Shown here: piece after piece, positions 58,047 through 64,000 of the stretch | Numbering within the stretch: the first letter of the stretch is position 1 | How the letters are laid out: each line of letters starts with the position of its first letter | Assembly: GCA_043825735.1 (NCBI GenBank) | Contig: JBDRRP010000071.1 | Coordinates: 62,001 to 126,000 of the forward strand | Direction of reading: 5' to 3' | DNA from: Pseudomonadota bacterium | GTDB taxonomy: Bacteria; Desulfobacterota; Desulfobacteria; Desulfobacterales; JBDRRP01 | DNA: 64,000 nucleotides | Translations under genes and position numbers: made by a program | The notes under the pieces: generated by a model | Databases searched by the model: none | What the model saw: the letters and a program-made list of their open reading frames with translations, nothing else | Told to the model about the DNA's origin: nothing

Positions 58047-58853
58047 ATGGTCTCGCCCGATTTTTGCAGGAAGGTCAAAGAAAACGTTGCCGCCAATTTC
58101 GATCAGAGCCTTGAGGCCTATCAGGCCTTTGAGGACAAACACCACTTTTTTGCGGATATGTCGGCCGTCCTGGCAGAGTGGATTCAGGTGCCTCCGGGCG
58201 CGAGCGTTCTCGACGTGGGCTGCGGCAACGGCATTTCCGCCGAGGTGCTAAACGCCCGCTTTGGCTGCAGCGTTCTGGGAGTGGACCTGTCGCCCAACAT
58301 GGTCGCCGATGGCCAACGGAGACTGAGCGGTGCGGACGGTGTGCGCCTTGTCGTGGGTGACGGTGATCGGCTGATCGAAGTGGCCGGTCGCGAGCGCTTC
58401 GATTATGTGCTCTACAACGCCTCCATTTTCATTTTCCCCGATGTAGAGAATACGATCCGGGAGGCGGCGGGTTGTCTAAAGACCGGGGGCTGCGTTGCAT
58501 TTTCATTTTACCCCACCATTTCCGGGCCCACCGGTGAAGATCTGCTGGAAACGGCTTTTCGGCGGCTGGGGGAGCCGCTGCCTCGCGCAAGGGTCATCAC
58601 CGGTTACACGGCGGCCTGCACGGCGATTGAAACGCATTGCGGGCCGGTCGCGCACCATACGTGGGAGCAACCCCTGGAGATCTCGTTTTTAAAGGATTTT
58701 TTTTCCATTCCGGCCCAGTCGGCCTCGCTTTTTCCCGGACAGGACTATGGGGTCCGCCGAAAAAAAGTGGCGCTGCTTTTCGAAGCGGTGGCGGAAATGG
58801 AGGGACGGGGATCGGTCGTGTGGCGGATGGCCCGGAGTATAAAAGATCTGTGA
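58047..58853 (+). CDS. Class I SAM-dependent methyltransferase
   Basis: VLDVGCGNG, GVDLSPNM, FDYV; GGAGG RBS before ATG 58047. Confidence 0.85.
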   Translation: MVSPDFCRKVKENVAANFDQSLEAYQAFEDKHHFFADMSAVLAEWIQVPPGASVLDVGCGNGISAEVLNARFGCSVLGVDLSPNMVADGQRRLSGADGVRLVVGDGDRLIEVAGRERFDYVLYNASIFIFPDVENTIREAAGCLKTGGCVAFSFYPTISGPTGEDLLETAFRRLGEPLPRARVITGYTAACTAIETHCGPVAHHTWEQPLEISFLKDFFSIPAQSASLFPGQDYGVRRKKVALLFEAVAEMEGRGSVVWRMARSIKDL

Positions 58854-58879
58854 TCGGTGCGCCGTAGGGGCATTAAAAC

Positions 58880-59012
58880 TGATGAAACCGCAAAAATTAT
58901 TTTGAACCACAGAGACCGCAGAGGAACGCAGAGAATATTATGAATAATTATAAGTTATCTCTGTGCTCTCTGTGTCCTCTGTGGTGATTTCAGACTTTTT
59001 ACGAGTTTGTCA
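58880..59012 (+). mobile_element. MITE-like element copy A6
   Basis: TGATGAAACCGCAAAAA...CTTTTTACGAGTTTGTCA; same inner CAGAG/CTCTG hairpin. Confidence 0.8.
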
Positions 59013-59140
59013 AATTAGCGTGTTGAAAAATGATCCTGGGTTCACGGTGTCCCTTGAGTACCGCAAGTAAATAGGTCGGACATCGCTTAAAGCCACATAT
59101 TGTGTTGACGCTTCATTCCGGCCACGATATGAGGTGGCCT

Positions 59141-59318
59141 ATCAGGGCGCCGAAAGGCTCAATAGGGAATCCCGTGTAAATCGGGAACGGTCCCGCCGCT
59201 GTGACCCCGACTGCAACGCAGTCCCACGCGGCCCCATCCGCAGCAAAGCCACTGATCCGCAATACTGGGTCGGGAAGGCGCGGAAAAGGGGCGGGGAAGT
59301 CAGAAGACCTGCCCTGGT
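59141..59318 (+). ncRNA. Cobalamin (B12) riboswitch
   Basis: AATAGGGAA, GTGTAAATC, CGGTCCCGCCGCTGT, GCCACTG, GGGAAGG and B12-box AAGTCAGAAGACCTGCC in the canonical order; CAGGGC/GCCCTG closing stem. Confidence 0.9.
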
Positions 59319-59389
59319 CGGTGGTTACCCTTTTCTCTGCGGCGAACAGAGGAGGACCACGCGTGACAGGGCCATATCGGATGGGTGAC

Positions 59390-59427
59390 ACCCTTCAAGC
59401 CGCAGATGCTTGGAGGGTTCTTTGTTT
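59390..59427 (+). terminator. Intrinsic terminator, probable riboswitch expression platform
   Basis: ACCCTTCAAGC/GCTTGGAGGGT stem followed by TCTTTGTTT. Confidence 0.65.
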
Positions 59428-59693
59428 CCTGATTCCGTGTCAGGAAGCCGAAGCATCCGGCCGTTAGAAAAACCACCGGTGGATGTCTGCCGACCAGCGG
59501 TTTCCGCGGTGCCCCTGTCCGCCAGCCTTCCTTCTCATCCTCCAGAAAAGACGCACCACCGCAGGTGACGGTGAGCCCATGACCGGGGATGGTCCCCAGT
59601 CGTGGGACGCCATGGCATCGCGCCGGGAGTCTGGTTTGCGTATAGGGCCGGATACTCCCATGGACATCCCTACCGAGAGAGAAAGGAGAAGGC

Positions 59694-59975
59694 ATGCATT
59701 CATTGCTCAAGATCACGGACGGACGGATCGACGTCGACACACCGGTCTATGTCATTGATGATGGCAAGTTGTATCGGACGGTATACCACCCCCTGGGGTG
59801 GACCGATCTGCCGGATTACGAGATGAAAAACGACGGCCGAATTTACCGGACCGGACACCATTGCCTCGGATTCAGTGAGACCCCCGATTTCGAATTTCGC
59901 AAAGACGGATGCCTCTACAGATCGGCATCCCACCCTGACGGTGCTTCTTCGGGGCCGGACTATGCGTTGAGCTGA
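59694..59975 (+). CDS. Hypothetical 93-aa protein made of three 24-aa repeats
   Basis: Strong AAAGGAG RBS; repeats DG.(L/I)YR(T/S)..H..G....PD(Y/F); followed by a terminator-like hairpin. Confidence 0.75.
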   Translation: MHSLLKITDGRIDVDTPVYVIDDGKLYRTVYHPLGWTDLPDYEMKNDGRIYRTGHHCLGFSETPDFEFRKDGCLYRSASHPDGASSGPDYALS

Positions 59976-60012
59976 TTTGCGACGCGTCATTTTCAGAAAT
60001 TGCAGCGAGGAG

Positions 60013-60057
60013 GGGGCACTGATCCGTCCGAAGGCTTGACGAGGGTGCCCCTTTTTT
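60013..60057 (+). terminator. Possible intrinsic terminator
   Basis: GGGGCAC...GTGCCCC plus T6; long, partly paired loop. Confidence 0.45.
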
Positions 60058-60254
60058 GTTTCCTACCGACGTAGCACGGGCGATGCCGGCATTGACCCGA
60101 TCTGATCCCACCCGTCGCCAATTGCGATAAAACGCAATCAAGAATGCATGTATCTTGACGATAATGGCTATCAATGGGATACCCTCTTTTTTCAGGATTG
60201 CATGGATTGTTCAGAGAGCACCATGAAAATTATTATCATCGCCATTACAGGAGG

Positions 60255-63053
60255 ATGCAATTGTCCTTACTGCAAAAAAATCTGATGCTTCGATGGTTTC
60301 CGGACCCCGCCAGGTATTCCGGTGACGGTCTGCAGCTCTGGCGCGAACGGGTGGTGGCGGCCCTTTTGGTCTCGGCGCTGGTCATTTCACTGCTGGCCCT
60401 CGTCCCGTCGCTCATCCTTGCTGTCAGGGAGGGGTTGTGGGCATTGGCCTTCATTGACACCATGTCCGTGGGGATTGCCGGAGCGTTGCTGTATCTTCGG
60501 CGGATTGGCTTCGTCCTGCGCATGGTGGTCATCTTGTCCATCACCTATCTCATCGGTCTGGTGGTGATCGCGTCTCTTGGACCTGCCAGCGGCGGCCCCA
60601 TATGGCTGTTCGCATTTGGCGTGCTTGCCGGTGTTCTGCTGGGGCTTCCAGCCGCAGTCGCCGGTGTTGCCATCAATGCGGTGACGATGGGTGTGCTGGG
60701 GTGGCTTTACAGCGCCGGCATTATCAACACGCCCGGATCGGTTTTCATGAGCGTCGAAAGGGCCATTGCTGCCTGGACCAACTTCATTTTTCTCAATGCG
60801 GTGGTATCGGTGTCCGTTGCTGTGCTCTTGAAAGGACTCCAGGAAACCACCCTGCGCGAGCAGGTCGCCGTGGCGGATCTCAAAGGAGAGCGCGCGCAGC
60901 TGCAACAGGCACAAAGCGAGCTGCGGCAGGAAATCGAACAGCGAAAGACAGCAGAAGAGGAGTTGGCCCAGCAAAAAGGCATCCTCGACGCGCTCCACGA
61001 AACCACCCTGGGGCTCATCGGGCGGCTGGATATGAACGAGCTGCTGGAGGCCATCGTCACTCAGACCAGCAGCCTGATAGAATCCACCAACGGGTTTATC
61101 TACATCTATGACGAGACCAGGGATTTACTGGAAATCCGCGTGGGAACGGGTGTGTATGGCACGGAATTGAAGGGCGCCACGCTAAAACCCGGAGAAGGCC
61201 TTTCCGGGCTGGCATTCGCCGAGCGGCGCACCGTTGTCATTGACGACTACCGAAACTGGGATCGACGGGTGCCCCTGGACAATTACGACAAGCTGAGATC
61301 GGCCATGGCGGTTCCCATTCTCATGGGGACGCGGGTATTCGGCGTCTTGGGGCTGGGGATGTTCGGATCCGATCGAAAGTTCGGCGCCGCTGAAGTGGCC
61401 GTTATGGAGCCATTTGCCGAACTGGTTTCTCTGGTCATCCACAACGCCCAACTGTACGAAGACCTGAGAAACGAACTGGCCATGCGACGCAGTACCGAAT
61501 CGGCTCTCAGGGAGCGCGAGAATCAGTTCCGGGATCTTTATGAAGAAAGCAAAAGAGCCCAGAACGTATACCGATCCCTGCTGCATTCCAGCGCCGACGC
61601 CATTGTCATCAGCGACATGAAGGAGCGGGTCAGCTATGTGAACCCGGCATTTACACTGATTTTCGGCTGGGGGCTGGATGAGGTGACGGGCGGCATAATC
61701 CCATTTGTGCCCGATACGGAGTCGGCAAATACCCGCAAGGTGATGGCAAAGCTCCTATCCACCGGTCAGCCGCTGCGCGGATTTGAGACCCGCCGGCTGA
61801 CCAAGGACGGGCGAATGCTGGATATCAGCATCAGTGCCTCCCGTTACGACAACCACGAGGGTGCACCGCTGGGCATGCTTTGCATCCTCAGGGACATTTC
61901 CGAAAACAAGCAGCTCCAGGCCCAGTTTCACCAGGCCCAGCGCCTGGAAGCCATCGGCACCCTGGCCGGCGGTGTGGCTCATGACTTCAATAACCTGCTC
62001 ATGGGGCTTCAGGGCAACGTGTCATTGATGCAAATGATACTCGATCCCGATCTTCCTCAACAAAAGAACCTCAAGACCATGGAATCGCTGATCTCGCGCG
62101 GGGCAGAATTAACCGGACAGCTTTTGGGGTTTGCCCGTGCCGGAAAATACGAGGTTAAGCCCACCGATTTGAACGATATCGTTGGGAAAACCGCCGACAT
62201 GTTCGGGCGGACGAAAAAGGAAATCCACATCGAAAAGCGATTCCATCAGGATTTGCCCACGGTTTCAGTGGATCGCAGGCAGGTGGAACAGGTGTTGCTG
62301 AATATTTTCGTCAATGCCTGGCAAGCCATGCCCACTGGGGGCGACCTCGTCATCGAAACCGGCACTACCCAATTGACGGCCATTCAGACAGCCGGGTGCA
62401 ACTGCGGCCCCGGCCGGTACGTCTATATTTCGATCCAGGATAACGGCGTAGGCATACCGGCTGCCGTTCAGCAGCGTATCTTCGATCCTTTTTTCACCAC
62501 CAAGGAAATGGGCCGGGGAACCGGGCTTGGGTTGGCGTCATCTTACGGGATTTTGCAGAACCACGGCGGGTTCATCAAGGTTTCCAGTACCGAAGGCATG
62601 GGCTCCACATTCACGCTTTACCTGCCGGTGGCCGATGTATCGAAACGGCCGGAACCGGTGACCGAGGACACGTTGACCACCGGAGCCGGAACGATTCTGC
62701 TGGTTGATGACGAACCCTTTGTACTGGACGTGGGCTGCCAGATGCTGGAGAGACTGGGCTACCGGGTGAAGTCCGCCGGTGACAGCAGCCAGGCCATCGA
62801 CTTGTTTCGCCGTTACCACGCGGAAATCGATGCGGTGATCCTGGACATGATCATGCCCGGGGTCGGGGGCGGGGAGACCTTCGATCTGCTGCTGGGCATC
62901 TCTCCCGGCGTTAAAGTGCTGCTATCCTCCGGATACAGTCTCGACGGTCAGGCCGAGGAAATCCTTCGTCGTGGGTGCCGGGGATTTATCCAGAAGCCCT
63001 TTTCCATTCAAACCCTGTCTACCAAGATCCGTGAAATTCTTCAAAATGGCTGA
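60255..63053 (+). CDS. Membrane-bound hybrid histidine kinase (TM domain, GAF, PAS, HisKA, HATPase, REC)
   Basis: About six TMs; GEGLSG GAF; LAGGVAHDFNNLL; NAWQAM, DNGVG, FDPFFTTK, GTGLGL; ILDMIMP; start uncertain (60174, 60255 or 60261). Confidence 0.9.
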   Translation: MQLSLLQKNLMLRWFPDPARYSGDGLQLWRERVVAALLVSALVISLLALVPSLILAVREGLWALAFIDTMSVGIAGALLYLRRIGFVLRMVVILSITYLIGLVVIASLGPASGGPIWLFAFGVLAGVLLGLPAAVAGVAINAVTMGVLGWLYSAGIINTPGSVFMSVERAIAAWTNFIFLNAVVSVSVAVLLKGLQETTLREQVAVADLKGERAQLQQAQSELRQEIEQRKTAEEELAQQKGILDALHETTLGLIGRLDMNELLEAIVTQTSSLIESTNGFIYIYDETRDLLEIRVGTGVYGTELKGATLKPGEGLSGLAFAERRTVVIDDYRNWDRRVPLDNYDKLRSAMAVPILMGTRVFGVLGLGMFGSDRKFGAAEVAVMEPFAELVSLVIHNAQLYEDLRNELAMRRSTESALRERENQFRDLYEESKRAQNVYRSLLHSSADAIVISDMKERVSYVNPAFTLIFGWGLDEVTGGIIPFVPDTESANTRKVMAKLLSTGQPLRGFETRRLTKDGRMLDISISASRYDNHEGAPLGMLCILRDISENKQLQAQFHQAQRLEAIGTLAGGVAHDFNNLLMGLQGNVSLMQMILDPDLPQQKNLKTMESLISRGAELTGQLLGFARAGKYEVKPTDLNDIVGKTADMFGRTKKEIHIEKRFHQDLPTVSVDRRQVEQVLLNIFVNAWQAMPTGGDLVIETGTTQLTAIQTAGCNCGPGRYVYISIQDNGVGIPAAVQQRIFDPFFTTKEMGRGTGLGLASSYGILQNHGGFIKVSSTEGMGSTFTLYLPVADVSKRPEPVTEDTLTTGAGTILLVDDEPFVLDVGCQMLERLGYRVKSAGDSSQAIDLFRRYHAEIDAVILDMIMPGVGGGETFDLLLGISPGVKVLLSSGYSLDGQAEEILRRGCRGFIQKPFSIQTLSTKIREILQNG

Positions 63054-63073
63054 CGACAATCCGCTACCGCAGA

Positions 63074-64000
63074 CTACTCGGCCTCGGACACGCCCGCCTG
63101 GTCGAAGGTCATCATTTCGGTAAATATCCTGACGGCACTGTCCATGATGGTCATGGCCATGGCGCCGCCGGTGCCTTCGCCTAGCCGCAGGCCAAGGTCG
63201 AGAATGGGTTTCAGCCCTAAATGGGCCAGCATGATCCGGTGCCCGGGTTCTTCTGAACAGTGGCCGGCGAACATGATGTCCGCGGCATGGGGACAGAGTG
63301 CGTGAGCGATGAGGGCACCGGCCGTTGAGATGAATCCGTCCACGACGACGGGGCAGCGAAAATAGGCGGCACCGAGAATGACCCCGGCGATGCCGCCGAT
63401 TTCAAACCCGCCCACTTTGGCCAGGATGTCCAGACCGTCAGACGGGTCCGGGCGGTTGATGGCAATGCCCCGCTCGATGACCGCCTTTTTGTTGACCAGG
63501 GCCGCATCGTCGATGCCCGTGCCGCGCCCGACCATGTCATCGAGCCCCGCACCGGTGACGACAGACCCGATGGCTGCCGACGGGGTGGTGTTGCCGATGC
63601 CCATGTCACCGGTACCGAGCATGCGCACACCGGCATCGAAAAGCCGGGCGGCATGGCGGAAACCGGCCATGATGGCCGCTTGGGCCTCATTGCGAGACAT
63701 CGCCGGGCCCTGGGCGAAATTGTTTGTTCCGGGCCGGATTTTTTCCACGTAGAAACGGTCGCCGCCTTTCAGTTGAGCCGGATCCAGATCGGGCACGATG
63801 CCCATATCCACCACCTCCACCTCGGCGCCGGCCTGGCGCGCCAGCACATTGATGCCCGCGCCGCCGATGAGAAAACACTTGATCATCTCCCCGGTCACCG
63901 CCTGGGGAAAGGCGCTCACACCTTCGGCCGCCACGCCATGATCGCCGGCCATGACGAGAAATGCCCGACGCCCGATATCGGGAGTGAGCGTTTCCTGGAT
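63074..64000 (-). CDS. cobT: Nicotinate-nucleotide--dimethylbenzimidazole phosphoribosyltransferase (5' end outside window)
   Basis: AGDHGV, GDMGIGNTT, GRGTG, GGFEIG, VDGFIS, LRLGEGTG; frame stays open to the window end. Confidence 0.93.
   Translation of the reverse strand: MQETLTPDIGRRAFLVMAGDHGVAAEGVSAFPQAVTGEMIKCFLIGGAGINVLARQAGAEVEVVDMGIVPDLDPAQLKGGDRFYVEKIRPGTNNFAQGPAMSRNEAQAAIMAGFRHAARLFDAGVRMLGTGDMGIGNTTPSAAIGSVVTGAGLDDMVGRGTGIDDAALVNKKAVIERGIAINRPDPSDGLDILAKVGGFEIGGIAGVILGAAYFRCPVVVDGFISTAGALIAHALCPHAADIMFAGHCSEEPGHRIMLAHLGLKPILDLGLRLGEGTGGAMAMTIMDSAVRIFTEMMTFDQAGVSEAE

Noticed and set aside
57873..58145. Short ORFs reading through the elements (DKLVKSLKSPQSTPRAQR-type peptides, also 34891-35094)
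   Set aside because: Translations of the non-coding repeat, with no RBS or coding support
34814..59012. Repeated palindromes read as a CRISPR array
   Set aside because: Copies are dispersed kilobases apart, ~135 bp long, have no unique ~30-40-nt spacers, and no cas genes are present
54996..59012. Gene-palindrome alternation read as an integron cassette array
   Set aside because: Elements lack RYYYAAC/GTTRRRY attC ends, and the nearby recombinase has XerD signatures rather than the IntI-specific insertion
59363..59467. 34-codon GTG-initiated ORF after the riboswitch (GAGGAGG upstream)
   Set aside because: Overlaps the terminator hairpin and has no recognisable features; could be a leader peptide but cannot be supported from sequence

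Overview
GC-rich bacterial DNA; gene content (pfa/ole genes, stand-alone PocR, multi-PAS hybrid kinases, NifX-like protein, cobT) suggests a Desulfobacterota-like anaerobe (inference). (1) 1-19.6 kb: + strand surface-polysaccharide cluster with four SAM methyltransferases, GT2 and GT4 enzymes, an AsnB-type amidotransferase, a heparinase II/III-like protein, WecB and an FnlA/RmlD-like/FnlC 6-deoxy-L-HexNAc pathway. (2) 20.2-51.9 kb: a fragmented but co-oriented (- strand) PUFA synthase plus olefin synthase locus (pfaD, pfaA, AT-less pfaC, oleA, oleB, oleC, oleD), interrupted by etfB-etfA-acyl-CoA dehydrogenase, a divergent MerR-like HTH gene, a hybrid kinase/helicase/NifX block and a vapBC-usp insert. 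(3) 52-64 kb: xerD, Xaa-Pro peptidase, copZ/copA, a methyltransferase, a cobalamin riboswitch upstream of an uncharacterised His-containing 24-aa-repeat protein, a hybrid kinase and partial cobT. Intergenic spaces contain a family of ~135-bp non-coding palindromic elements: seven copies share the same termini, several have TCA-N4/5-TGA-like junctions, the internal periodic hairpin differs between copies, and one copy carries a nested 47-bp insertion. Related periodic hairpins also occur without those termini. All calls come from reading motifs by eye; no searches were run.
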